Shown here: positions 38,703-52,470 of the stretch, one piece after another
Position numbering within the stretch: position 1 is the first letter of the stretch
Layout: each line of letters starts with the position of its first letter
From: Octopus bimaculoides
Taxonomy: Eukaryota
DNA: 64,000 nucleotides
Assembly (NCBI RefSeq): GCF_001194135.2
Contig: NC_068989.1
Location: forward strand, 52,240,501 to 52,304,500
Direction: 5' to 3'
Made by a program: the position numbers and the translations under genes
The notes under the pieces: generated by a model
What the model was told of the DNA's origin: nothing
The model's database searches: none
What the model saw: only the letters and a program-made list of their open reading frames with translations

Positions 38703-39320
38703 NNNNNNNNNNNNNNNNNNNNNNNNNNNNNNNNNNNNNNNNNNNNNNNNNNNNNNNNNNNNNNNNNNNNNNNNNNNNNNNNNNNNNNNNNNNNNNNNNN
38801 NNNNNNNNNNNNNNNNNNNNNNNNNNNNNNNNNNNNNNNNNNNNNNNNNNNNNNNNNNNNNNNNNNNNNNNNNNNNNNNNNNNNNNNNNNNNNNNNNNNN
38901 NNNNNNNNNNNNNNNNNNNNNNNNNNNNNNNNNNNNNNNNNNNNNNNNNNNNNNNNNNNNNNNNNNNNNNNNNNNNNNNNNNNNNNNNNNNNNNNNNNNN
39001 NNNNNNNNNNNNNNNNNNNNNNNNNNNNNNNNNNNNNNNNNNNNNNNNNNNNNNNNNNNNNNNNNNNNNNNNNNNNNNNNNNNNNNNNNNNNNNNNNNNN
39101 NNNNNNNNNNNNNNNNNNNNNNNNNNNNNNNNNNNNNNNNNNNNNNNNNNNNNNNNNNNNNNNNNNNNNNNNNNNNNNNNNNNNNNNNNNNNNNNNNNNN
39201 NNNNNNNNNNNNNNNNNNNNNNNNNNNNNNNNNNNNNNNNNNNNNNNNNNNNNNNNNNNAAATCTCCTCATCTTAATTAATGGGAATCACATCCTAACCC
39301 ACACACACACACACACACAC

Positions 39321-39375
<55 letters not shown>

Positions 39376-40519
39376 TATTCACACACACAAAGATAGATAA
39401 AGAGAAATATTTAAGTTATATAAATCTAATTGATTTTGATAGACACATGAACATTTCTATTGATTGACCTCCCGTGAATCCAGAGTGACATATATTAAAT
39501 AAGTATGGAGTTTCTCTGAAAATATTATTGATTGGGTTATATTGATATGCTTTAAGGTAACAGAGAAAAAGTAGCGATGAGCAAATTTGCTTACGATATT
39601 TTATTTGAATATTCTTTATCATCTTAAGAATTTTTTACACGTGTGTTTATAGAGACGCCTGTCTTGAAGAGAATTTTATAAATGTTATTGCGTGGTCTTC
39701 GCAGTGAGAGCTATTTAATCTTTCATATAAGAAGGATAAGATGCTATACGAAATATATAGGAAATATGAAGAAAGAAATAATGAAAACTGATCCATGAAG
39801 TAATCTATTAAAGCTTAATCGATATATTCAAGTTAGATTTTAAACGACAGAGAATGCATTACGATAATAACATTAATATCTGTCAAAATAAACAGTATTG
39901 GTTTTTCGTGATTTGTGCATTGTGTTACTCCCTGGATTACAAGTAATATCTATCAATGTTTTCACGTGAGATATGTCGAACGTTTTAGATGATTAGAATG
40001 AAGTAGTAAACTAGAAACATAGAAGCGTGACAGATAAAGTATGTATAAAAAAAGATACGAATAAATTATGTCCCAGATGAGATATATATTATAAGCGAAC
40101 ATGCCTTGTGCTCTCTTCTAGCTTTCTTCTTTGCTTTGGTTTATTCTTCCCCTTCGCCTATACTGCATAAATCGGATGTCACATTGATACCAAAACGATG
40201 TAAGAAGCCGTTTGCATGAAGCGTAACTACAAAAATACGATATCTATTCTAAAGTGCATATAATCGACACAACACTGCCTACATACAAACACACAACCAT
40301 GCATGTGTGTGTGTATGCGTGTGTGTGTGCATATATATGAGCATGTCTGTTTTTATGTAAACAACTAACATGGAGCAGGTATGGAAACATGTCATTATTC
40401 TGTATCAATGCATTTCACTTCTACTGACGAATTCATTTTAAAGTACAGGCTTCCTATCTACTAAGTATTTAGAAAATCTAACTAATCTTGTATACGCTTT
40501 AATTTTCTTTTATTTCAAT

Positions 40520-40860
40520 CTACCTGGTGGCTCTGTAGATTATTCATAACAATACCTTAATTTGTACTCTGAAAGAAGATATATCTCCGTCAATGCAACG
40601 AACGCACACCGTTTTCATCCCTCACTCCACCTCATTCTCTTTCTTAATGTCTTATCAATTATCCATCCTACGCAAATTTTACTTCCTTCTCTTAGACTCC
40701 GGTACCTACTCCATTACGTGTCTACTAGTACCCGCTTCAGAGAGACCACTAACTTGTGGGTGTTACTTTATTCACCAGCTTGCACTTTTTGCTAATACGC
40801 TTGTCTGTGGTGCAATTTCACACCATGACTTCAATATTTCTTAGTATCACTAAGAAATAT
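40520..40860 (-). pseudogene. Possible very old LINE RT C-terminal fragment
   Basis: Stop-ridden minus frames with KRISK.. and RKRMRWS, like RTE 'R.R.LRW.GH'. Weak. Confidence 0.25.
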
Positions 40861-41189
40861 ACTTAAGCTGCTACAACGGATGTCTCACACTCGCATCAAA
40901 GACATGAATTGCATTGTCACACATATATAATTATATATATTGTAGTTTCTCACATCAGTAAAAATGACTTATTGATGAACACTGCTGTTTATATCTTCGC
41001 TGATAAGAATGATGCATTTTTCCACATTATTCTTCCTTTCTGACTATTTTAATGCATGTATCGAAACGTATGTCGGTGGTGGTGATACAGATAATTTAAA
41101 TAACATCTTGAGCGTTTGTTTTCATTTTCCCAAATACGTCTCACATGTTGAACATATATGTTAACAAAAGAACAACAGAATCTACAGAA

Positions 41190-42609
41190 AAAATGGAGAA
41201 GTGGCGTTGAAATATCAAAGGTGTCATAGAACACTTCCACAGGTACCACTTTTCTTTTGTCGGTATATCTATTGTTTAGCTGATTTAAATGTCTTTTATG
41301 TTCCCATTTTTGCCTCTTATTATATATGTCATTTTGCCTATTCGTTTTGTTACTTCCCAACCGTGTCTTCTATTTTTATTTATTTTGAAAAATACCTTGT
41401 CACTGATATTAAAAAAAAATTGCCGTATTTTTAATGTGTTTCCTATTTGTTTTTCTTACTGGTAGCGCTTTGTCGAAAATTGACATTATTTTCCGATCAA
41501 ACACTAATTCTGCAGGCGACTTGCCTGAAAAAAGCGTTTGGGTTTGGTGCTATCCTATAAATCTTGAAGAATTGCGTCAGTGTTGCATCATCGACTAGCA
41601 CGTTTCTAGATTTGTTTAATGCTCTTTTAAATGTATCAACTGAGAACATCTTTTTCTTCAATTTTATCCACGTCATCTCTTAAATATATAATCCTTTGGG
41701 TTTCTTCAGCCACTGCCTATAGGATTAATTCTTGGTCCTGTTCAATTTTTTTAGTATACGGTTACGTATATCAGCATCTTTTCTTGCTGTTAAACTTTGA
41801 ACAACAATTAGACGTTTGAACAAATCCAGAGTTAATTCATTTAATTTGAATCTTTCACACTCTCTGTTAACGACCCCAGCATAGGTGACGAAATCTTCAT
41901 CATATTTTTTTAACTAAATTTAAACATTGCCATCAAGTATTGAACAGGGAACTTCTTTCAAGGAAAATTCTCGATAACAAATTAACTGTTTCATCGAAAC
42001 AAATCTCACCTGATCTCTTCCGCAGAATATAGTTACAGTATTTTTCGTGTTTGGCAGTAGAAAATTTTCTTAAAAGTAGTCGCACCTTCTTCTTGTCTTT
42101 CCTATTTTTACATTCTGGGCTATAAATAATTCTCCAACTGAATTTGCTAGGCGTTCTGACGAGAACGAAGTATTTTCAGACTTCAACTTTACATCCAGTA
42201 ACTGTTGGAATTGTTTATGTTGCTGTTGTAGTTGTTGCTGTAACTGCTGTCGTTGATGCTGTTGTTTCTGTTGCATCTGTACCACGTGAGCCAACAAATT
42301 TTCCAAATTACGTAATGTTTTGCTTCGTTTCGTGCCAAAGAAAAAAACATTTAAACTTCCTACGCAAGCTTCGAACATCTCGTCGCCACTTTTATATCCT
42401 GCGACAGGTTGGTACGGATTGATAGATCATGTGTGCACACGACATACTTCACGAGACTAACAAAACGCTCTCTTTGATTGTCTACGGAGAGGAATCTATA
42501 ACCAGGACACGGCCGAGCGAATTGCTCATATGCTTCCAAAATAGCTAGCAAAATGTTCACAGAGACGTATATTCTGGGAAATCCGGGGCCAATATTGTTG
42601 ATTAAAACA
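41190..42609 (-). mobile_element. Gypsy (Mag-like) element: 5' LTR, PBS, gag fused directly to the integrase tail
   Basis: Putative LTR TGTTTT.. ~42609-42392; PBS TGGCGACGAG (42388-42379); gag with Q-rich N-terminus, SERLANSVGE, YAGVVNRECERFKLNELT, ADIRNRIL; then VDTFKRALNK..SGKSPAELVFDRKI..KRHLNQL. No 3' LTR found. Confidence 0.8.
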
Positions 42610-42715
42610 TCTCATATATGCGCGAAACTCTTCGGAAGGACCTTTGAATCAATGTGTATGTGTGTGTTGTAAGATATGAACAGCGTTAGCAAATATTGAT
42701 CATCCTCGATGTTGC

Positions 42716-43055
42716 TCCTCCCCGGAACTTTCCAGAAAGTAGTTCGTCCTCGAACTTCCCAGGAAGTCCCATCCTCGGAACATTCCAGGAAGTCCTCGAA
42801 ACTTTCCAGGAGGTAATTCATTCCCCTCTTCGAAGCTTTCCAGGGAGTAATTCCTCCCCTCCTCGGAACTTTCCAAGACGTAATTCCTCCCATTCCTCCC
42901 CTTCCTTTGAACTTTGCAGGAAGTATTTACTCCTCCTCTGAACTTTGCATGAATAATTCGCCCCCTCCTGGGAACTTTCCAGAAATTCCTCCTCCTTCTC
43001 TGAACTTTTCAGGAAGTAATTGCTCCCCCTCCTCCCCTCCTCTGAACTCTGTGGC
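42716..43055. repeat. Degenerate ~30-36-bp minisatellite (consensus ~CCTCGGAACTTTCCAGGAAGTAATTCCTCC), about 10-12 units
   Basis: Directly visible, upstream of the Gypsy 5' LTR on the minus strand. Confidence 0.85.
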
Positions 43056-43093
43056 AAAAATAGTGGAAACCATTTTGTACTATTTACTTGTAC

Positions 43094-43094
43094 A

Positions 43095-43126
<32 letters not shown>

Positions 43127-43145
43127 GTAGTAGTAGTAGTAGTAA

Positions 43146-43208
<63 letters not shown>

Positions 43209-43240
43209 AAGAAGAAGAAGAAGAAGAAGAAGAAGAAGAC
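43094..43240. repeat. Compound (TG)n-(TAG)n-(AAG)n microsatellite
   Basis: Directly visible. Confidence 0.95.
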
Positions 43241-43244
43241 GATC

Positions 43245-44215
43245 GAAATTTCATGTCCAGTGCTGTGCATGTATTAATATAACCATTAAAATGTGGCATT
43301 TTATTGCATTTTACACTACTTTTGGATAAATTTATTTGAGATTCCGTTTTAAAAGATATCGATTATGATTCTCTTTTAAATGTGACAATAAAATGCAAAA
43401 TGTTTGGAGATATAAATTCATTCTTCGATGTGTTTTTGTTTCTTAAACTGTGGGAAAGTTTTTTTTTAATGAAAATACCTTGTTCTTACGTCCTCAGTAT
43501 TTCATATTTCATAAACAGTATCAAATCGGCAGGTGAACCGAACTTTTAATAGCCTGACTATTGTTAGAAATGGCACAGAGAAGTTAAATACTTATTTAAA
43601 CATATGTTAATATGCCATTTTTAATAGCTTCCTCATTCTGCTTCATATTGCTGTAAATAGCTATCTGCTTTACTTATTTGTTTCTTTTTTTTTGGGGGGG
43701 GGGGGTTCTTATTTCAGTATACAATTTCTATTAGAGACTGTAATAGGCTATTTTAAATTCAAATAGAAGTTCTTAAACTTGCAGCTCATAATACTTTCTC
43801 ATAAAAATATCATTATAACTTTTGAAATTAAATTTTTAGGTTTGAAGAAAGATTGCATAGTTCACATGAAATATTCCTCACTATTTTCAGAAAGTACATT
43901 ATATTCTAGCATTGTGCACAGAAATTAATATCGCTATCGAATAATTTTATAATTTTTGCTCCATATTGCTTTTGGCTTAAATCAATGTAATGCATCGAAG
44001 TTCACGGAATGTTGAATGCACAATTTTATAGTTGGAATCATTAACTTCATTCAGGTGGGAAGAGGAGATAGACTTTTATGGAATTCTTTGCCGTTGTTTA
44101 AATCGACGAATCATCTTGCAGTAGTCCTAATTGGAAGATCGTTTTTGATATATGAATGTGAACTGAGAAATCTGGCATTTACTAATTTTCTATACGTGTT
44201 AGCATCATATTAGCT
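43245..44215 (+). repeat. Old direct duplication, copy 1 (copy 2 at ~51480-52470)
   Basis: Collinear blocks including ATAAATT-ATT..TATCGATT..ATTCTCTT-TAAATG, GAAAATACCTTGTT, GCAGGTGA, TATTTAAACATA, AATTTCTATTAGA..TAATAGGCTATTTT, AATATCATTATAACTTTTG, GAAAGATTGCATAGTT, ATCGAAGTTCA. Confidence 0.85.
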
Positions 44216-46709
44216 ACTGGAAAATAGTTGACATCACCCATAACTGCATTTCACATTCTAAACTTACTCCCCACCACCTTATCTTTCACACTCTGACTAA
44301 CGCGAAGATGACATTTTCGCCTAATCTTTTCGTCCACTTTATTAGCTCCAATGTACACAATATGCGCGTAATAATTACTGATTCCACTCATTTCTTCTCT
44401 TTCCATAAGCACCCTCCTCTGAATTAAGAATTGCTTCTAGATGCTCTGTAGTTCTATCATCCATACATATAAGCTAAATATATTACAATCACCCTAAATG
44501 ACCTAACATCACACTCACTGTTTCATTTGTACGTTTGAGATCACTAGCTACAATTCAAAATGCCGGCTATGCCTATTTCTATTAAAATGTTTGACGAGTG
44601 GCAAATAGGTTTAATAGACATTTTAAACGCTGACGAAACAATATCGATTAATGTGGGGTGCATCTTCAATTGAGTGAAACCTATTTTATTTTAGGCCTGT
44701 CGTTTGTTTTATCATTAGCATTCATTTTCTTTGTATTTTGTTCCCGAACAACGAAATCAAAAGCCCTACCATATGGCCTGATCAACTGTTCCAGTTATAT
44801 GGAAACATATCCACACTCGCATACCATACACAGATAAATAACGTACCATATTACCAGACACTACATACATGCGACAACATATCACCAACCACATCATGCA
44901 GACGTACAGCCGTGAGCTACAAATGTTCTTTGCCAAAAATTTAAAACAAATATATATATATATATGTATTTCTAATCTTTTCATTTCGTAAAATTAAAAA
45001 GTGGTTGAACTTTATGTTGTATCAGAAATTGATAAATAAGATTTACATACGCTTTTAAACTTTTTTTTATCTACTCTGTGACATTGGTAGAAATATTCTT
45101 CATATTTGATATTTTCTAACGTATATTGAATAAATAGTCTGAACATTTAACAGCCTATAATTACTTTTATCCGCTAGAATATTCACATTTTGGCTGTTTG
45201 TCAGTGTTTTCTAAAAGCACCTATGTGCTTTTTATAAAATGCAGATGTTAATAAAGATTTCAATTATAATTATAAAGGATTGCTTTTCTTCTTTTTAGTA
45301 AATCACATAATTTAGAAAATATTAGAAGCAGCTATGGTAATACCATTCGGAAGTTTAAAGTAGTCCTTCGGACACTAAGAATGATTTCCCATATCCATTC
45401 GTGTTTCTAGAAACTGGTTGTTTGCTATCCACTGTTCCTGAAAGAAAAAAAAAAGCAGGGGAAATGCGTATTTACGGAAATATCGATATTCTGATGCATT
45501 TATAAATCAATTTACTTATTTTAGTTATATATTTTCTGCTAATATTGATTTACTAGTTTAAGAATAATTTCATTTCAACATGTCCTCTGTGGAATTAGTG
45601 ATGTAACAGTTGTTGCTTCTGTGTACCTGATGTGCTATTTAGGTATATGCAAACAACAATAATTTCTTTTCACGCATATATAAATATATTTGAAATTACA
45701 ATTGCTTTCTATTCCTTTTGTTAACGACATGTGTTGGTTTCAATTAAAGCAAGAAAAGTTTTAACTGGCAGAGAAAATATTTACGAGATGTGCCATAAGA
45801 AAAGATGCGAATATACATAACTACAACAATAGAATAGAATATAGAATTTTCGTCTTCCGTGTTTATGTGTACGTGAGAGACTGGACAAATGTGAGCTATT
45901 ACTGGTGATATTTATTGTCAAACAGGAAACAAAGAAACATAGGTGAAAAGCAACACATCGTGGATAAGGAATAAAATATGTCTTGTATCATACTGTCGAT
46001 CTTATTTTTAAAGGAATAAGGTGAAGATGTATTTGTAAAGGGATGGAACATTCCAATTATGTAAAAATATATTTACATGTAAAGTTTCCTTGTCAGAATA
46101 GAATTCATATTACATTTAAATGCAGTTCTCTCCAAAATCAAAAGTGTTTTGAAAAATGTAATTAAAAAACGTAAAGCCATATCAAATATTTTTATTTATT
46201 ATAAATATTGAATATCTAGAAAAGGGATAACAAATGAACTGGATTATGTAGAACTACACAATTCCATTGTAGAGACGAAACACACTTAGTCTTCAGATCT
46301 TCCCAATTTCATTATCAAAAGGTCACATTTTGTGTTACCATTCAATGTATTTTCACGAACATATCCCGTTGAACTAGGCATCAAGCAATGATGAATGTGA
46401 TAACTCCGCTGACGATAAATAAAAACACAAGGATTCGATACTCTCAGAAATGCTCGCTTGTCCAAGCATATGCGTACGATAATTTAAGCCCTAATAATGT
46501 TCATAATTACACTTTTTTACATTAACAGTTCTATTTGCGATATTAGGACAGTGAATATAATAATAGGGAGTTTTAAGAATGTAGTAGTATATAGCACTTT
46601 AACTCGATCTGCTTTCAGTTCTCATATCCCTAGACACTGATTGGCACTGATACTACTGTTATACATGCATGCATACATGCATACATACATACATACATAC
46701 ATACATACA

Positions 46710-46736
<27 letters not shown>

Positions 46737-46740
<4 letters not shown>

Positions 46741-47325
46741 GACAAATGAAAGACGAAAGATGGATTGCACGAGAATTTATTATTAATCCTGACAGTTGTT
46801 TCGTCACATCTAGCATCGATTCCTCATGGATGGTACACTCAGCAACTGGTTCAGGGGCATCCGGTGGTGTAAATGTATCTCGTCGGGTGATAAATAAATA
46901 CAACTCGTTAAAGTGACTGCTCTGCGATGTAACTTTCCGTTTTGTAAAAAGAAAAGCAGCCAGACGGAGGAAATATCTTCATTTACGCAGATCAAAAATA
47001 AAATCAATTATGGCTAAAAGAGAAACGAACACGTAATCCAGCGAGAAAAAGGATTTTATTTTTGATCTTCTATATAATTGAAGGTATTTCCTCCGTCTGG
47101 CTGCTTTTTTCTTTCTACAATACGCAAAGTTACATCGCAGAGCAGTCACTTTAACGAGTTGTATTTATTTATCACCCGACGAGATACAACTACACCACCG
47201 GATGCTCCTGAACCAGTTACTGAGTGTCCCACCCTTCAGGTATCGATGCTAGATGTGTCGAAACAATTGTTGTGATCAATAATAAATTCTCGTATATTCC
47301 ATATTACGTCTTTCATTTGCCATAT
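46737..47325. mobile_element. Foldback element: ~270-bp inverted arms around a 46-bp spacer
   Basis: The reverse complement of 46737-47005 matches 47052-47325 (mirror peptides in the ORF track: YLFITRRDT.TPPDAPEPV.EC..SMLDV.KQL). Confidence 0.9.
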
Positions 47326-47783
47326 AACTAACAATCCCTGTTAAAGTGACCGTGATTTACTAGTAAGCTACTAGGTGTAAACCATTCATTTTATTAAATA
47401 TTATATACATACATATATATACACACACATGCATATATACATGTGTGTCTGTGAAGGTAAGATCCAAGGATCAAGATATAGGTAGTTAGTGAGCTTCCAG
47501 CAATTCGTAGACGGTATAAAAATCAACTTTCGGGGACAATATTAGTTTATTGGATCAGAAGGTTGTGAATTTTTCCAGTATTGAAGTACGATAAGCTGAA
47601 AAGAAAGTTAATTTCATGTTCACGGCTAGAAACAGGGTTTGTTGTATATGCGAATACATAACTAGAAATTAGTAGATAAAATCCAGGCTACATGTATTTC
47701 ATTGTTAGCAGAACCTTGGAAGTAGTAAGTAATCCAAACGAGGAGTAGACGGCAAACTATTCGTCAGGTCTAATTTTTGTGTG

Positions 47784-47886
<103 letters not shown>

Positions 47887-48356
47887 NNNNNNNNNNNNNN
47901 NNNNNNNNNNNNNNNNNNNNNNNNNNNNNNNNNNNNNNNNNNNNNNNNNNNNNNNNNNNNNNNNNNNNNNNNNNNNNNNNNNNNNNNNNNNNNNNNNNNN
48001 NNNNNNNNNNNNNNNNNNNNNNNNNNNNNNNNNNNNNNNNNNNNNNNNNNNNNNNNNNNNNNNNNNNNNTTTTAGATTCCACATTCGAGTTATCTCTATT
48101 TCCAGGTCTTTGTATTTTGAAAGTTTTTCCATTTCTTTTAGAGAAACGTTGTCATCTGCTGGTATTGATACATCAATTAGAAAGCATTTTTTTTCTTCAT
48201 GATCTTTGACAACTATATCTGGTCTTTTTGCCTTAATTTCTCTATCTGTGTGTATTGGCATATCCCAGAGTATGGTTGCTTTCTCGTTTTCTATGACCTT
48301 TTCTGGCGTGTGTTTATACCATCTTTTTTCTGTTGTTATTCCATAATGTTGGCATA

Positions 48357-48357
<1 letters not shown>
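47887..48357 (-). mobile_element. Dong/R4-like RLE LINE 3' fragment embedded in (TAA)n
   Basis: QHYGITTEKRWYKHTPEKVIENEKATILWDMPIHTDREIKAKRPDIVV..LIDVSIPADDN..EKLSKYKDLEIEITRMWNLK, open and little decayed. (TAA)n on both sides (47823-47886, 48358-48435). The 3' end is hidden in a gap. Confidence 0.9.
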
Positions 48358-48435
<78 letters not shown>

Positions 48436-48879
48436 TATGTTATATTTATAATATATTATATTATATTATATTGTATTGTATTATATTATAGATAGATAAA
48501 TAGAGTGAAAGACAGACAGACAAGCAAAAATATGTTTTTAGGTGTGTAGATCTGTGTATATTCCGTAAAGACATACGCAGATGTACACACAGATATATAT
48601 TGGAACTTGGTTTCGTATCTATTTGGTAACAATTGATTTACTGAATAATTCTAAAAAATTATAGTTGTATATATTTCTCTATAAATAAAGGAGCAAAAGT
48701 GAATGTTAATTTCACTATTAGTTCGATGTGGTTTCTGAGTGGTTGGTGTATATTTTCAAATGGCTAATTTGTTGGCATGCGTGCGTCTCTTCACAAATGT
48801 AACCAGAAAGGAAGCGTTCACTATGCAGCTTTGTTCATAAATGCAAGTGAAGAAATACATATACACACACATTCGGCAG

Positions 48880-49030
48880 CGGAACATTAGGAACTATGAA
48901 AATACAGAGGGGAACTTTTCAAGAATCCTAATTTTTTTGTAATACTTTTCACCATGGCGTCAACCCGTTTTGTAAAAATATTCTGAGAAGATTCATAACT
49001 TCCTATGCTCTTACTACTCTCTGGTTCTAA
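48880..49030 (-). pseudogene. Possible CR1/Jockey-like RT C-terminal fragment
   Basis: RVDAMVKSITKKLGFL resembles 'HV..I...A.KKLGFL'. Confidence 0.3.
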
Positions 49031-49299
49031 GAAAAAACAATCTGATGTGTATGTGCGTGCGCGCGCGGTATGTGAGTGTGTGTACGTGCGTGTGTGTGTA
49101 CGTGTGTGTGTACGTGTGTGTGTATGTGTGTGCAACTTTAACCTCTTCACTAATAATATAAAACAAGTGGATTTTCCTCTCGAAATATAAAGAATATCTA
49201 GCAAGAATATATTTATGCAGTTTAATAAACAAACGAAGGCGAAACATTAAAATTGATCGTATAATAAAATCAATGATACCAGAAGATGATACGCCTAAA

Positions 49300-50300
49300 G
49301 AATTAAGGAATGAAGGAATGAAGGGTATATATGCCTAGAAATGAAGAACACATGCTACTAGTATTGTTGCATTATGATGAGATAATGAACAAACATGGTA
49401 GTGCGTTGGTCTCCAAAGATAACAAAAGTATTAGGAAAGTGCTCTAAACCAAGCTATTAAAATGTAGTATCCCCAAAATGTATTCCATGTCAATAATATC
49501 TACTTTTTCTCAAACTTGAGACACTCTGCTACTCTCGTGTACAAAAAAGCTACAAAGACTGGACAGAAGAAAGTTTCTCAAAATGCATAAACTACACCAC
49601 TCTAAAATAATTCTCGATATGGTTTACTTACTTAGAAGCAGAAGGAGCGATGCTGTGTTTGAAAAACTATGTTGTATTGGAAAAATTATGGTGTGCTTAG
49701 TAAAGTAAGAATACTGTCTGCTGCCAGAAATATCAAATAATCAGCCAAACAGTAAGAGAATTCAACAACAGAAGGTAGAACTGGATAAATATTTGAAAAA
49801 ATATTCGTGAAGCCAATTCATGCAACAAACCGATCATGTTGAAAATGGATGACCATTGGAACTGATAATTACAGTCGCTCGGGATCAAACTATGAGAATA
49901 TACATGAATTCAATGAAACAGGTGATGACACTCAGAGAACAAACACAAAGTCTGTGAACAGGTAGACGAAAGAATGAGCCACCTCATTAGTGAATATGGT
50001 GTTGATGAATCATAAGATTTTATGAGACATTTCCAAATTAACAGCCATATTATTGAATGGATATAATTGCAAGAGACCGATAAAACAAGATCAAGTACTC
50101 TAGCTTATCATATTATAGTATATCGGATACCAACGGAATCGAGAAACAGAATACCATCAAGTGTTAACCAGAGTGATGAAAAGATTCTGAACGAGAGATG
50201 TAACGATTGTTTTTCTAGTAATCGGAAAACTGGCAAGACACCCAAGCTGTTTCCTGCGAGGCTGAAGACTAAGGAGCTGAGAAACATATTTGTCGTTTAG
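49300..50300 (+). mobile_element. Ancient R4/Dong-like LINE remnant
   Basis: LQRLDRRKFLKMHKLHHSK..VYLLRS; VARDQ; C..C..E..HLIS; NCKRP; VTIVFLVIGKL. Many stops and frameshifts. Confidence 0.6.
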
Positions 50301-51345
50301 TCAATGGTTTACCCATTTTCAACATTCCATCTTTTCCTCCTACTTCTATGAAGACAAACATTTGATGCTTTATTCCTTTAACGAGGTTTCACTCAAAACT
50401 TCCTACGTTTACAGGCGATTCTTGTTCGAGTAATTGGTGCTTTATGTTTGACTCCTTCTATGAAAGTAAAAGCATTTCATATTTCTGCAGCAGCTTCACT
50501 GAACCGATCCATCGACATAGCAGAGAGAATCTCCATCATACCGTTCGTTATGCAAATATTAGTCATTTTCAAATCTTGTCTGGAATTGAACATATTTATG
50601 CAAAGAGACTTTGAAAATAGTTTTTCAGATGTCCATAGCCTTATATAAAATGTTGATGCTTGAGACGATATTGTTAACGAACCTGCATTCTATATTTCGT
50701 GTTCCATGACATTTGTGTCGAGATTATTTTTTCTTGCTATTTATGTTGATTGAGTTCCTGAAACAATTTCCTTTAAATATATTATTGAGCCGTTGACAAT
50801 ACTCTTACACGTATGCTCAACAGAAACAGAATGTTGAGTACATAATCGGAGGCTTTATCTTGCCAAGATACTAAATCTCTACAATCGGAAGAAAAAACAC
50901 ACTTTTCAAATGAGGGCTTCGCTGTAGCTCACTTTTTGTGCTCTCAGATGCATATCTGACAATGTTCAACATTGTCTGGGTCACTTCGTGGTCGATAAAA
51001 CATGTTACAGAAACTTGTGACTAATTGGAATATTACTACTTAGTCAAACATGATTTTATTTGATATGTGTACCGGTTCATGAGTTCGCAGGCAGCAATGG
51101 GCGTGATGACACTAGTGCTAAGTTGTATATGTGACCGCCTTTTACATACAGTGACGAAGATAAAAGAAAAACTTGCTTCTGTGGGTAACTAGCAGCCCTT
51201 CTCTAAATCTATACAATCCAGCGTATAGAGATGACGTACAGCAGAAATGGAGATGATACGTATACATATGTATACGTATATACACACATATACAGAAGCA
51301 CGACACATATTTTGTTATTTATGTGTTTGTGTGTGTGAGTGTATG

Positions 51346-51402
<57 letters not shown>

Positions 51403-51479
51403 TATTCCAGCATATGCGACCTTCATATATTTTCAAATTATATACCTTCATATATATGTAGACGAACAATTAAAGGAAT

Positions 51480-52470
51480 AAAATTTCTCTTCAAATAGGA
51501 ATATGCATTAATGAACCCATTCAAATATGGAATATTTTCCTATTTTACGTCACTTTCCAATAAATTGATTGGTATTCGATCTTTTAAACGTTATCGATTG
51601 TAATTCTCTTCTAAATGCGGTAGCGGCATCTAAAGTGATTGGTATTAATCCATTCTGCTTCGTTGTGTTTTTACTTTTTAACGCAATAGAAAAAGAAATG
51701 GAATTCATACTTTAACGCTTTTGTTGAAAATACCTTGTTGTTTCTGAATGTATATTACATTTCACGCCTATAGTATCAAGTGTGCAGGTGAGTCGATCGT
51801 TATATTGACTGATTACCTTCGAGACTTGAATGCAGAAAGTAAATTCATATTTAAACATAAATACTCATATGCCTTTCTTTGTAGAAATTTTAGTTTTCCA
51901 TTTCACACTGCTTTCAAATTCATATAAATGCCTTTCATTTTTTTCAAGTATTTCAATATAGAATTTCTATTAGATACCGTAATAGGCTATTTTGTTAAAT
52001 TTTAATAGAAATTCTTAAACGTGCAGTTCCTGATACCTTCTAATAACAATATCATTATAACTTTTGGAATTAAATTTTTTCAGTTATAGAGAAAGATTGC
52101 ATAGTTTCTATGACATATCCTCCAATATTTTTCAGAAAATATATATATTGCAGCGCTACACAGAGAAAGTAATATCCCCATCGAATTATTATTGTCCGAT
52201 TTTGCAACATTCTCTCAACCTAGCACAGTGTAAGGAATCGAAGTTCAAGGAATATAGGCCAATTTTAAATTTGTAATCATTAATTTCTTTCGAGTGATCG
52301 GAAGGTTAATCTATGTATGGAGGAGTTTGCTGATGATTGAATCAATGAAGCTTTATTGCTTTCAAAGGAAATAATAGTTTGGATAATAGCCCTTTATCTT
52401 ATATGAATGGAAAGGGGAAATCTGGCTCTAATGCCATTTTCTAAACGTATTATTAACACAACTGAACTGA
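51480..52470 (+). repeat. Old direct duplication, copy 2 (of 43245-44215)
   Basis: Same collinear blocks as copy 1; offset ~8.24 kb. Confidence 0.85.

Noticed and set aside
42716-43055. CRISPR-like array
   Set aside because: Units are degenerate tandem repeats with no unique spacers, in a eukaryotic context with no cas genes.
42818-43329. 140-150-aa ORFs with poly-S/Y/V/T/E tracts
   Set aside because: They are translations of the minisatellite and trinucleotide microsatellites.
46785-46840. GACGAAAC-AACT-GTC half-hammerhead in the foldback arms
   Set aside because: The 3' half looks right but neither arm has an upstream CUGANGA.
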